64,000 nt of DNA, from positions 124,001-188,000 of the forward strand of contig NIVC01000986.1 of the NCBI GenBank assembly GCA_002269645.1, given 5' to 3'. Both the position numbers and the translations under genes were made by a program. Position 1 is the stretch's first letter, and every line of letters starts with the position of its first letter. This DNA is from Macrostomum lignano. Its lineage: Eukaryota. Below, piece after piece: positions 25,196 through 38,354 of the stretch. The notes beneath the pieces were generated by a model. The model did not search any database. It saw only the letters and a list, made by a program, of their open reading frames with translations, and was not told the DNA's origin.

Positions 25196-27705
25196 TCCTA
25201 TATACTAAAAATGAAATGTCTGTAACTAGCTATGCGATAGATTTCAGAAAAAAATGGCTCAAATAGATTTTCTTCAAACTTGCACCATTCGATCAGAAAT
25301 TTTCCTGGGACGGTACATGCATCCTGGCTAAGAAATTGCTCAATTTTAAAGGGATTAAATATTCGAAAAACGTGCTTTTTTGCAAAGGTCAAGCAGCTCT
25401 TTCGACCTGGAATGTATTGTAAGAATGCTAGAGAAAAAAACTGACTGGCTCAATTCCGATTGTGATAAAGATTGCATCACAACAATTTGAAAACAGTGTC
25501 GAAGAAATGCACACACGACTTGATTAAAATTGCGTAGCCATATTGCTAACTTAAATTGAGACTGATACTGGCTGACTGAGAAATTATGTCATAACTTTCT
25601 ACTCCAATTGACTTGCTGTAAGAATTGAATTATAAGGGCCACAATTCATGTTCTCCAAATGAAAAGAGATAGCCCAGATGCGAACAGACTGGGATGCTAA
25701 TGTAGTGACCTGGGTTCGAATCTTTAAAAAAGATTTTTTTATTAAAACATTAAAAACACAAAACTGCTAAACATAAAAGAAGCACAATGCCAAATATAGA
25801 AGAGCCACCATGTTGAACATTAAAGAGCCACCATGTCGAACATAAAAGAGCCACCATGTCAAGCATAAAAGAGCCACCATGTCAAACACTAAAAAGCCAC
25901 CATGTCAAACATTAAAGAGCCACCATGTCAAACATATATGTGACTCCATGTCAAACATATACGTGACTACATGTCAAACATATACGTGACTCCATGTCAA
26001 ACATAAAAGAGCCACCATGTAAAACATATACTTATGACTCTTTGTCGAACATAAAGAGCCACCGTGTAAAGCATTTACGTGACTCCATGCCAAATATATA
26101 CGTGACTCCATGTCAAACACATACGTGACTCCATGTCAAATATCAAAGAGCCACCAAGTAAAAAGTTAAGAGCCACCATGTCAAACATTAAAGAGCCACC
26201 ATGTCAAACATTAAAGAGCCACCATATCGAACACTAAAGAGCCACCATGTCAAACATATATGTGACTCCATGTCAAATATATACGTGACTCCATGTCACA
26301 CATAAAAGAGCCAACATGTCAAACATTAAAGAGCCACCATGTAAAGCATATATGTGACTCCATGCCATATATATACATGACTCCATGTCTAACACATACG
26401 TGACTCCATGTCAAACATTAAAGAGCCACCCTGTCGAACGTTAAAGAGCCACCATGTCGAACATTAAGGAGCCACAATGTAGAACATTAAAGAGCCACAA
26501 TGTAGAACATTAAAGAGCCACAATGTAGAACATTAAAGAGCCATGATGTCAAACATTAAAAAGCCATCATGTCAAACAATAAAGAGCCACAATGTAGAAC
26601 ATTAAAAAGCCACCATGTCGAACATTAAAGAGCCATCATGTCAAACAATAAAGAGCCACCATGTTGAACATTAAAGAGCCACCATGTCAAATATTAAAGA
26701 GCCACAATGTAGAACATTAAAGAGCCACCATGTCGAACATCATTGAGCCACCATGTCGAACATAAAAGAGCCACCATGCCAAACATAAAAGAGCCGCCAT
26801 GTCAAACATAAAAAAGCCACCATGTCAACCATAAAAGAACCAGCATATCAAACATTAAAGAGCCACAATGTCAAACATAAAAGAGCCACCATGTCGAACG
26901 TTAAAGAGCCACCATGTCGAACATTAAAGAGCCACCATGTCGAACATTAACGAGCCACGATGTCAAACATAAAAGAGCTACCAAGTTAGACATAGAAGAG
27001 CCACCATGTGAAACATATATGTGACTCCATGTCAAACGTTAAAGAGCCACCGTTTCTAACATTAAGGAGCCACCATGACAAACATAAAACTGGCACGATG
27101 TCAAACATTAAAGAGTCACAATGCCAAACATTAAAAAGCCACGAATTCAAAAATAAAATAGCCACCATTTCAAACACAGGAGAGACATTTTCAAACGTAA
27201 TAAGAAGCGTCATGCCAATCATAAAGCAGCCCCTAGAAAGCTAAGGAAATGTTGCACTAAATACTTTTTGTCTGGTGGATGCTTGCTATTTAAGGATAGA
27301 TACTTGCTATCAATTGGATGCTTGCTATCTGGGGGTTCTTTCTATCTGGGGTGCTTGCTATCTGAGGGATGCTTGCTATCTGGGGGTGCTTGCTATCTGG
27401 GGGTGCTTGCTATCTGGGGGTGCTTGCTATCTGGGGGTGCTTGCTATCTGGGGGTGCTTGCTATCTGGGGGTGCTTGCTATCTGGGGGTGCTTGCTATCT
27501 GGGGTGCTTGCTATCTGGGGGTGCTTGCTATCTGGTGGGGGAGGGGGGATGCTTGCTGTCTTGGGATGTTTTCTTTTTGCATTGTGCTTCATTTGAGCAG
27601 TTTTTCTGTTGTCTTTGTGAAGACTCTATTTGGCTGTCTTTTTGTTACTTGTAGAGAACAGAAGTTTTATCCAGATGTCCCCCATCGGGGGGTGAAGATT
27701 GCTAG
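25196..27705 (+). mobile_element. Non-autonomous Helitron, copy 2 (head-to-tail with copy 1)
   Basis: Junction CTAG|TCCTATATACT at 25195/25196; same hairpin plus CTAG|T end at 27705; longer internal minisatellites. Confidence 0.75.
25790..27140. repeat. 23-bp minisatellite (CATGTCAAACATTAAAGAGCCAC)n within Helitron 2; shorter copy at about 24030-24445
   Basis: Degenerate tandem units with a variant CATGTCAAACATATACGTGACTC. Confidence 0.9.
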
Positions 27706-27879
27706 TTCTCAAGACTAAAGCTTTCAAAAACAGGTCCTGCTTGCAACTGCATGTTTTCTAGCTCAGTCTTACTATCACGATCTTCATCAACCTAAAGTAC
27801 ATGTACTCGACCCTTTAAGATTTTAAGCTCGCTCGCGCTTGCACCAAATTTTCTACTTTGCAAGATGACTTCTGCGTGG

Positions 27880-28900
27880 GGAACGGTTATGCCGCGAGGC
27901 CCCGATCGCAATCCCAAGGTAAAAGTAACCAAGGTTTAACCTTGGGGGTGCACCCAGCCCCCGCCAGTAGGCGACAGGTTCGCAGGAGAGGCATCGGCGA
28001 CCCTCGTCCGGCCGGTATCTCGGACGAAGGCGCGAAGATCACGTTGTCCGGGTCAGCTCGTCCATCCGCTGGGGGTGGCCGCGAGGTGTTTGTGCCCCGC
28101 AAGGAAGGCGGTTTGCAACGAGAAATGTCTGCTGGAAGAATCCATGGCCAGTTAGGACCATGCACATCTCCCTGAGGTCGGTTTTTAAGATCAGATATTT
28201 AAAACATTCCTGTTCAGATGAGGCATTGCAAAACGAGTCTGCCTGTAGTCAGTGCAACTGGTCAGTGCAGCTTGTGTTATTGGTGGAGCCACCTGTATGC
28301 CGGGTGATTAGCGACCTCTAGGCATGGGTAGTCTCACCAGACGGCATGGTTTCCGTCTGAGCTGCTGCTTCCTTGGCGATAAAATCCGCGAGCACATTGC
28401 CCAGGATATTGCTGAGACCGGCGTCCAGATGATTAATCCTCTTAAGGACCGAAATTTTCTTGGTTGTTAATACGGTATACCTTAGTTATAGTCTGAGTTC
28501 ACGTGGCTTCATGCTAAATCTTTGGGGTGTAAATTGCAATCATGCAAGCGGAAAACCTGCACTCTGCTCGCCACGTTCAGCACTCAAACCACCGGGGCGA
28601 AAGTCTTGCCTGTTTGCCTGCCGATTGCCGCAGATTTGCGCCGATTTCTTTCAGCTTGATCAATGAGGCGATAAGCTTCGATGCTGCAGACTGGCTGCTC
28701 ACGCCAAGGTATACATATCCATGCAAGCCACACGAGGGGCTCTGCGCAGCTCTCTGGGAGGCATTCTTGAAATGAAGAGCTCTGAGAGTAGCAGATTCAG
28801 CAGTAGGCCGGACTCGAATCCAGGAGGCATACCCGACTTTAACTGGCTTCATCAGCAGATGGTAATGGCAGTTAATTAGTAAACGCTTTTGCAATCCGGT
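27880..28900 (-). mobile_element. Decayed non-LTR retrotransposon (RNase H-containing) fragment
   Basis: Frameshifted minus-strand motif W-T-P/G-L-S-N-I-L-G-N-V-L-A-D-F-I-A-K-E-A-A (RNase H C-terminus) near 28360-28430, and a downstream VLTGHGFF motif near 28140-28165. Confidence 0.55.
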
Positions 28901-30769
28901 TGAGTATTCAAGTCACTCCAAACTACCACTGATCCGAGGAATTTAAAAACCTCACCCGATCCTGAACTTCCTCAGGCGTTGCTGGCGGTCGCGAATCGGC
29001 AGCTGCTGTCCAGGCTCGCCCGATGCAGCGCACTGACTGCCCAGATTCTCATCGAACAACAGCAGCAGCAGCAGCAGCCGCAGCAGCGGCTATGCAACAG
29101 CACTGGGAACAAAGCAGACCTTGGAAAATGCGACAAAGCGATAGACAATGCATCTGGTCTTCACTGGGCTGTGCCGGTCATAGCAGTGGCTTTGGATATG
29201 CCACCAGGAGGTCCGCAGTTGGAGCTGCACTGCTGCACCAGACCCACGAACAGTCAAATGAGAGGATGCCTATGCCGAATGGCGGTGGCCGATTTTTCTT
29301 ACAAAAACAAGAATTCAACGGCTCCTGGTTGAGATTATCATGAATCAGTTTAGAGATATTTGCTTTTTACTCACGTTCCTTCCACACAAATGCTACATAG
29401 AAGGTCTGCAGAAGAAGAAGGACTCTACTTTTTGGCCATAGACATTAAGTTTGAGCTCAAAATGCTTGCTCGCTTGCTTTAAAGAATTTAAATTTTGCTA
29501 ATTGAATTTGTTTTCTCTTCTGCTATGCGTTTCAAATGCAAGCTAATTTTTTAACTGCGCCCGCTAAAACTCAATTGCCAAAAAGTAGAGTCCCGGAAGG
29601 AACGATTGACACTATTGAACGATAGACTATTGACATTCTATGCATATTCGATATTCTCTGGTCGGTGTATCAAATGTAAATTCTTTGAATGCTTCAACTC
29701 CAAAATGCGTCTGAAAGACTTTTTTTGTCATTTATGCGGTGTAATGTCCCAATCCAATGTCCCAATAAATAGGCCTATTGGCATGCAAACAATTCAGAAA
29801 TGCTTGATTTTTTGGTTGCTGCATCTATAGATAAATGCACAAGAGCTACATACTGCCAGAATTGTTTATCCAAGGACTACTCAAGTTTCACTGCAGTTCA
29901 CAGAAGTAACTTCATATTCGTGATCGTTCATTATACTCGTACAGACGTACAGTATGATTAATTTCTAGCTGCATGGTTTGAATGTCATATGCGAGTATAA
30001 CCGCAAAAACTAACATGCATGTACAAATACATGAAACTGGTCTTCATGAAAGTATAGCAATGGCTCTATTTTTAGTTGTTTGATGGGTTCAGCCTATCAA
30101 TCACATATGCTCTGGTCTCCTGCCAGATGTCAGCTTATATAATGTAGCGAAGATATGGCAATTCAAGCAGCTGGACCGATCCTATACATGTATTAGCTGA
30201 AGAGAAGACAGCGAGACCAGCAGGGAGAACTAAAAACGACAGAAATCGGCTAATTCGGGGATTAGGCTAATCTGCCGCCTGCAGCAACCCGTGCGAATTG
30301 GCTCACCAAACCGGCTCTTTCGAAATCGGGTTGAGGGCTCTGTACTGACCTGCCATCCAGGGTTTTTGCTGTCAATCTCGAAGTCATAGCCGATAAAAGT
30401 GACGCGTTGCTGGGACTGAATCCCGTTGACCACGGAGGGACAGAGGACTTTGTCGCAAGAGGTTCTTGCGCTGCTGGCGAGCTTTCTACGCTCGTAGAAA
30501 TCATATCGCTTTGAAGTGTATTGTATGTCTTTACTGAATTCTATGAATTAAGCACTCTTCTCGGCGGAATCAGGTGTTAATCAGCTAAAGCTCTTCTCGT
30601 AGCGCTGATGTAGTATTATCAGAGTCTCGAGGCCAAAGCTATAATGCAATCAAAAGTATAACTCGCATCCGGCTGCAGCTAAGATTCATTCACACATGTA
30701 CACAAATGAAAGTTGAGATTATTCGGAAAAGTGCACCCATCATTTTTAGTTGTTTTGGCTCAGATGCTG

Positions 30770-30870
30770 CCAGAGCAACCAGCAATTTGCCAGGCTGTCG
30801 GCCAGCTCATTGCCGAGGTACCCTGTGTGTCCATGCAGCTCGACTGCTTCCCCAAGTCCACCAAATCAAG
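30770..30870 (-). mobile_element. RNase H relic of a retroelement
   Basis: Minus strand translates to HGHTGYLGNELADSLA, matching the H-x-G-x-x-GNExAD RNase H motif. Confidence 0.45.
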
Positions 30871-32569
30871 GATTGTGCGCTCTAGTAGGGCGTGCGGATA
30901 TGCTGTAGTCACTTGATTTTCAGACTTGATCAAAGCGTTCTTTGATCTAGTGTTGCTAACGGATCTTTTTTGCTAACCTTGCATGGTCTTCTAACAGCGA
31001 GCTTTCAGGCGAGGCCCTAGTTGTTGGAAATAATCTGCATTCCTGTACAACACGCCCAATAGCTTGTTAAAACTCGCCGGCTCACACAACCTTTAGGATC
31101 GTTACCCAAAATGCATCACCTGATTGAAAAACGAAAAATTATATGTACAGTATGCGGTACGCAAATCAAAAGCAGAGAAGTGAAAGTCCGATGAAGATCT
31201 CGCGGAGCAGGGGGAGCAAAATGTATAGAGTTGCAGCGCGGCTATATAGCGACTGTGTACCTCGGCTGCATGTAGCCTGCAAACTGCAAAGCTCACACAA
31301 GGACCACAAACGAAAAGGATCAGCACCAGTTTCAAAGACGAACAGCTCGCAGTTGAAAACGAGCTGTACTTCTTGCTTGCTGAACAGACGTACGGAGGCA
31401 CGCACCTACACGTACGATTTCCCTGAAAACTAAATTATTTTAAGATTTAGTCGAGTACATAAGTGAAGGCAAATAGTTCGGGTCCCTCGATTCGTTTCAG
31501 TTTTTTGTCTCAGCCCATAGGCAATATTATATTGTGTTAGCTAAATGACAATGGAGACTGGTCAGTGATTTCACGTTTTATTTTAAAAAGCAAAGTTTCA
31601 TATTCAAAAAGCGAAGCTAAAAATCGTGCGTGGTAAAATTTTTGTTAAAAGAATAATTTAAAGCAAGAAGAATAACGAGTATGCTATGATTATGAATACA
31701 AACAGTTTTTTCATATTATTCTGGTTTTGGTTTAATGTTAAACGCTTTGCTAGAGCCTACATGTACCAGTTGATGTACATCACACACGCACTCAGACTAA
31801 TTTATTGCTTAAAATTTAGATAATATAATAAGTTGCAAATGGTAAAAAGTATTAAACATAAAATAACTAGTAAATTAGTGCATAATTACCAGTACATCCA
31901 GTAGTACTATTAGTTAGATTGTAATTAATAGGGGCCTATTTTACTTAAGCCTAAGAGTAAAATTTGTATCATGATCATGCTATAAATTGAAGATTATTGT
32001 AGAATAATAACAGTATAACACAACACTAGACCTATAAATATTGATTTAAAAACAGTGCTAGGTAGGTAGGGCTGTGGCCTAGGTAGGCAGTGGCACAACT
32101 AGAAATTTGTTGAGGGGGTGGATTCTGGAGGGTAAAAGACCCAAGTAAGGGGCAGAGAGGATAGCTCTGTAGGGCCTATTTTTGGCAAAAAATCCATTTA
32201 GTCCCCTTGTGACTTTTAGGTCTCTGGCTAAGAAGGGATAAAGGTGCCAACCCTACTAGGCCTACTCCCACCCCCACTAATTGCACCACTAGGCCTAGGT
32301 AGACCTTACTTACTTGCATTGCAAGTCTGCAATTGTTAGGCCTAGTCAATTGAGTTATTTATTATAAATATAGGGCCTAACTAGACTAGGCTTAGGATTA
32401 GCCTAGACATAGCCATTTGGCAATTATTTATTATTATTATAATATTATATAGGCCTATCTACTGGGTTTTTTTTTTCGCCAGAGATAAGGTGCGAAATCG
32501 CACCTTGTGCCAAATTTCAAGGTGCGATTTTAAGGCTCAGAGTGCAATTTCTCTTGAGTCTTGTTTAGA

Positions 32570-35050
32570 ATGTGAGGGTTTCACGAGAGATATTCAGACA
32601 GACATTCGAAACGATCGTCTGTAACTTTAAACAAAATTGACCCGCTTCAACCATCTTTTTGGCAAATACTTACGCAAGTTTTGGGCGTCGAATAAGCTTT
32701 AATTTATTAACTGAAGTAAAAATCCTTCTGACATACATTGATTTAAAAATTGCTTAGCAACACTAGCTCTGATTAGAAATCGCTTTACTGTTGACTAAAA
32801 TTGTTTTGATCGTAGCAGCCTAAAAGCAGATACTGGATTTAAAAATGCTTCGATTTACTCTATACGCATGTCTCAGCTTTAAAATGACACCTCAGGCGTC
32901 GCAAAAGACAGCTTTGATGCTGAGATATTCGACACTAAACATGCATTGCTTTGCGCAATCTCACATTTAGAAATTTCACTGATTTTTTGTCGATATTTGT
33001 GCAGTTGCCGTGTCCTTGTTTTTCATCAGAAACTTGTCAAATTCTAGTCATGTCCAGTTTAAACCTGGACTTCTCTTAAACTGTCTTAAGTATTTGATTT
33101 TTAATGATTCCTGCCTTTATATTGCATAGATTGTACCTGAGTCAGTGAGTCTGTGAGTGTACATTTGTACATATGGCAACCAATCATGACTTTTTCACCG
33201 CTTTGCGGTTCAAATAAATATACGAGTGTACAAGAAACATGTTCCAACTGTTATTGAGAGAAATTGACGTCGCGTTTATTAACAGTCAGTGGCAATTAAT
33301 ATGAAGCAAATAGTTTATTGTTATGTTTTTACTTTTTTTGCGTGGCAATTCTGCTATCCAAATCGGAATGATGTAAGCGGTGGGAATAAAATAAAAAGGA
33401 AGAATTTTTTCTACTGTTGTTGCAACCCAATAGCTATATGTACTTCAAACTTTTTAGATTGAACAGGCGATTTCTAATGTACTGCTAAGCTTTCCAATCC
33501 CTACGGACTACAGTAGCAGTTCTTAACTTTTTTTCTGTCTTGACTTCTAGACTCGGAATTCGGAACAACCTAAGGAGCCGCATGAAAATATTTAATTGGA
33601 TAAAGATATTTTCTAAAAACAGCTCAAGTCGTGACACATCTTCTTCTCACCTCAGTCCATCAACTGCTGCTCCTTCTGAGACCAAAGCGATCGTGAAAGT
33701 AAAACAGATCAGTTTAGATCCCATGGCCATGAATACAACCATTTCAATTGTGAACCTGCTTCGCTTACAAGTACGAGCACTAGCCTTCCATTTGATGCCA
33801 TTAGCTCACTTAACTCTGAAATAGTTCAAGGACGGTTCCAAATGTTGAGATCTGACGTAGAAGCAGTCCAATTTGTGGAAATTTATCAACTGGACTCCAT
33901 GAATCACTCCAATGAAAGGCGGCGAATAGCTGTAGAATGCGTAAACAAGTTTAAGTGAGTCACAAAAACCCCATTTACTGTAACTACATACACTTGTACG
34001 TTAGCAAGGCTCCATGCGATGGTTAATAAATGGAGAAGTAGACAAGCATCTGAACAAATATTGAATAAAAATCAGTGAAGTTTCCGAATGTGAGTTTGAG
34101 CAAAGCAATGTTTAGTGTCGAATATCTCAGCATCAAAGCTGTCTTTTGCAATGCCTGAGGTGTCATTTTAAAGCTGAGACATGCGTATAGACATGACTAG
34201 AATTTGACAAGATTCTGATGAAAAACAAGGACATGGCAACTGCACAAATATCGACAAAAATCAGTGAAATTTTTGAATGTGAGATTGCGCAAAGCAATGC
34301 ATGTTTAGTGTCGAATATCTCAGCATCAAAGCTGTCTTTTGCGATGCCTGAGGTGTCATTTTAAAGCTGAGACATGCGTATAGAGTAAATCGAAGCATTT
34401 TTAAATCCAGTATCTGCTTTTAGGCTGCTACGATCAAAACAATTTTAGTCAACAGTAAAGCGATTTCTAATCAGAGCTAGTGTTGCTAAGCAATTTTTAA
34501 ATCAATGTATGTCAGAAGGATTTTTACTTCAGTTAATAAATTAAAGCTTATTTAATGCCCAACACTTGCGTAAGTATTTGCCAAAAAGATGGTTGAAGCG
34601 GGTCAATTTTGTTTGAAGTTACAGACAATCATTTTGAATGTCTGTCTGAATGGGTCTCCCTAAAACACGCCCTGCACCGCCCTGCAGCGCTACACATTAA
34701 AACAAATTGGACTATAACTAAAGACACTTCAGAATGCGTTTTCTGTTAAGCTTCAAGTTTTTATTAAATTTAGTTTTTTTTACTTTGAAATATAAAATTC
34801 GGTGAACAATAAGTGATATTAATAATAATATTAATAAAATAATAATATTATAATTTAATAATGAAAATGAGAATATAAAAAATAATATTTAAAAAAAAAT
34901 AAAGATATTTATTCCATTACTATTTTAACTTTTCCTTGCAATCAAATACTGCATTGACAAAAAATGTTATAATGTGTAGCAGTTCGGGGCCCGGTGCGGG
35001 GCGTGTTTTAGGGAGCCTTTGTCTGAATATCTCTCGTGAAACCCTCACAT
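32570..35050. mobile_element. Foldback element with about 480-bp inverted arms
   Basis: About 32570-33054 is the reverse complement of about 34193-34651 plus 35020-35050; partial extra arm copy at about 34070-34192. Confidence 0.8.
34652..35019. mobile_element. MITE inserted in the right foldback arm
   Basis: TIR-like ends (GG)GTCTCCCTAAAACACGCCC / GGGCGTGTTTTAGGGAGCC; flanking 9-bp duplication TGTCTGAAT; very AT-rich core. Confidence 0.65.
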
Positions 35051-35398
35051 TGCTCACATTTCAGACAACTGGGAATGTATATTTTAATATCTTACATAAG
35101 GCTATATAGCTATAGGCTATATCGCCTATATGACTTAATAGGATTTAAAGAGTTATTTTGTTTCATATTTTAAAATTTAAGGCAGTGCATAAAAAATAGC
35201 TTAAGCATGGTTAAGCCTTTAAAGAAAAATGGTTATAAGACCGCACCTAAACCGCACCTACTTTTTTAATTTCAGGGTGCGATTTTAAAATTTAGGGTGC
35301 ATACGCACACTCTGCGCACAAAAAAAACCCTGCCTATCTATAATTCATAGCTCTAATTAGGTAGAGTTGCTCACTTTGCAAATAATAAGAATGGAAAA

Positions 35399-36985
35399 CC
35401 AATTATCAACATTTGTGAGTTGACGCATTTTGCACTCCGTGGTGCATCTTCAGGTTTATTTTAATTTAATAGAATGAACAAAAAAACTAAGGCTGACAAA
35501 AATAATTATTTGTGTGAGACAAAAGAATTTTTTTGATGAGTAATGAATTTTTCTGTATAGTAAATTTGTCCAATTATCAATAGGCAGGTTAGGGATGGAA
35601 ATTTTGGCAGAGCAGTGCAAGTCTATAATTGGTGTACTCTCTCAAAACTAAAAAAAACATGGAGAACATGGTCTGTGCCACTATGTTGGAGTTGAGTGTT
35701 GAGGTTGGGGGACAAAGCTTTTATGTGCATGGCCTCAAGAATCTTAAGTTTATAGTTAGATATACATTGGTCGATAATTGTAAAGCATTCATTAGAAATG
35801 CTATTGGAGCAGCTATTGTATTCTAAAAGATGGGTTTAAATGGCCGATGGTTTGAGCCAGTGCTCTCTGGTTCTGGTGTGCAAGTGCCTTTTTGTTTTCC
35901 CCATGTAGGAGATGCTCTAGTTACCAGAGCAGTTAAAATGGTAGGCCTAGACAACACCTGCACACAGAGCACATGGCACCTGTGACTTCAACTGGCTGAC
36001 AAAATCACCAACTTTGGATGACCAAAAAACAATACGGATTTTTTTGTTGAGCATGTTGTTGAAAAGTTTGCTGATTTTGCTTTTAAAGATAAGAGATAGA
36101 TAACTAAAAAAAGGAAGAACAATGATCGGTTCACTGGGGTTGATGTTTTCAGCTTTAGTGGTTTGTTGTGGGTTGACTTTTTTGGTAATGAATTTATTGA
36201 TGTTGTAATAGATAAAGGCAAGTGGGTAGCCATTTTGTTTGAAGATTTTGGTTAAGGTTTTGACTTCTTGGTTGAAGTTGATCCAGTTGTTGCAGACAGT
36301 AATAAGCTCTTTGAAGCAAACATCTGATCAAACCAGACTTCCACTGTCTAGGGCACAATGCTTGATAGTTGAGAATGAGATTGGAAAAGGTTTTTTTTGC
36401 AAAAGACTTTAGTAGAAAGATAATTACCACTGTTGAGATCAATTTCAATGTCAAGGAATGGAAGTTTTTGGTCAGGAGTGGTCTCCACGGTGAATTTGAT
36501 GTTTTCATATGTGGAATTAAGAGTATCAAAGAAATGGTCTAGTTTGTTTTTGCAATCAAAGATGGCAAAAGTGTCATCAACATAATGTCTGTAGAATTTT
36601 GGGGCACAGTCAAGGGACAACCAGTTGTTGGTTTCCCAATGGGTCATGCAAATGTCAGCAAGAGTAGAGGCAAGCAGACTTCCTATGGCACAGCCTTCAA
36701 TTTGTTGGTAGTAATTGTTTTCAAATAGGAAAATTCCTGAGGTTGCTAATTCAAGGAGTTTTTTGAAGGAGGCCTTAGGTCTGCCAAAATTTCTGTCCCC
36801 AACTTGCCTATTGATCTTTAGACAAATTTACTGTACAGAGTAATTCATTACTTATCAAAAAATTCTTTTGCCTCATACAAATATTTATTATCATCAGCCT
36901 CAATTTTTTGTTCATTCTATTAAAATAAATCTGAAGATGCACCACGGAGTGCGAAATGCATCAACTCACAAATGTTGATAGTTGA
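35399..36985 (-). mobile_element. 5'-truncated Penelope-like element (RT + GIY-YIG) with inverted terminal repeats
   Basis: RT motifs YYQQIEGCAIGS, YRHYVDDTFAIF and LPFLD; GIY-YIG relic VV*AYHFNC...YMGKTKRHLHTRTREH...LEAMHIKALSPNLN (about 35680-35930); about 35399-35611 is inverted at about 36780-36985. Confidence 0.85.
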
Positions 36986-37539
36986 TTTTCTATTCATAGC
37001 CCTAAGGCTTAGTAGGCCTAATGCAAAATATTTGCTTGAATTATAATAATAAGATTGATTGACTAGGCCTATCTATAATAAAATATGATTAGGCCTATTA
37101 TAGGCTTATAAATAATGATGATTTTTATATGTAGAGATAAGTCTAGGTCTATGGCTATAATAATAGTTCATATACTGTAAAAATAGGTATGATCCTACTA
37201 GAGCAAAAGTATACTTTTTGAATTACTATTAGCTATTTGAATTATTTTAGGCCTAGTTTAGCTTTCTGCTTACAAATATCAAATTTTGCCATTTTTCAGC
37301 AGTTTGGTATTTGTTTCTTTATATATTTTAATTAACCTAGACTAAAGTATTAAGCTTGTAGCCTAATAATAGAATATAATTAAAAAAACACTGATAGTGT
37401 AATGTTTAACTAAGCTAAAATAACATAGGGGCCTACTAGGCTTAGTCCAACTAGGTATCTTTAGACTAAGGATCTATTTTTTTATTCCACTTCAAATACA
37501 AATTTTGAAATTGAAATTTAAATTTTGTAACTTTGAATT

Positions 37540-37755
37540 AAAATTTGAATAAATAACTAATTTTTCATTTTAAGAATTCAACTAGTAGATAAATAAATGA
37601 ATTAATTTTTGATTTCATATGATTTTTTGTATTCTAACAAATTTTTGATTTTATATAATTTTTTTTTTTGAATAAATAACTAATTTTTCATTTTAAGAAT
37701 TCAACTAGTAGATAAATAAATGAATTAATTTTTGATTTCATATGATTTTTTGTAT
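37540..37755. repeat. Tandem duplication of an AT-rich segment (2 copies)
   Basis: TTTGAATAAATAACTAATTTTTCATTTTAAGAATTCAACTAGTAG...TTTTTTGTATT occurs twice. Confidence 0.8.
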
Positions 37756-38074
37756 TAGGATTCTAATTTTTGCTAAAGCCTTAAGATTTTGGGATTATAG
37801 CATTAGGAATAAGACTAAGATCTTTTTAAGTATTATAGTTAGAATTAGGATTAGGTCTAATAATGAAAATGGCTTAATATACATTAGAGAAAATGGAGGA
37901 TAATTTTTGTACCATTTATTTATATACCATTTATTGCTATTATTTATAATGTATACCATTATTTATTATTTATCTACTATATGCAAACAATTAAGTGAGA
38001 CTTATTTTACTAAAAATAATTTATTAAAGTTTACAAAATTATTATTTGACCCTAGCCCTAATAATTATAATATA

Positions 38075-38354
38075 ATAATAATTGATTACACCTGCCTTAA
38101 TGTGTAGATATGCAACCAACAGCTTAGTTGCTGCTATTGTATATCATATCTGAAGGTTGCATCAGCTATTTAGTCCAAAGGGGTTGCCACACCCACCTTC
38201 AAATTCCCTAGCTAATTCTAGTACCAATTTTATATCTAGGTAGACAGGAATAAAGTGTCTTGCTTAAGGATACAAATTGTTCCAAGTGGGTCAAGAATCG
38301 AACCCCTGACCTTTCACTTGTGAGTCTGACACTAACCACTGGGCTGCAATCCCC
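38075..38354 (-). mobile_element. tRNA-derived SINE (CORE-like), decayed
   Basis: Minus strand has A-box TGGTTAG and B-box GGTTCGATTC, followed by TCCTTAAGCAAGACACTT (CORE-like). A related 3' fragment lies at about 48705-48775. Confidence 0.55.

Larger units (their letters stand above)
32462..35332. mobile_element. Non-autonomous hAT-like element containing nested inverted-repeat elements
   Basis: Termini CTGGGTTTTTTTTTTCGC / GCGCACAAAAAAAAACCCTG and an 8-bp TSD CCTATCTA (32454-32461, 35333-35340). Confidence 0.7.

Noticed and set aside
24102-27718. Repetitive ORFs (MLACCLG, GCLLSGG, MSNIKEP)
   Set aside because: Products of Helitron-internal minisatellites; no Rep or helicase motifs.
28979-29332. 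117-aa polyQ-containing ORF
   Set aside because: No domain or splice support; lies among retroelement debris.
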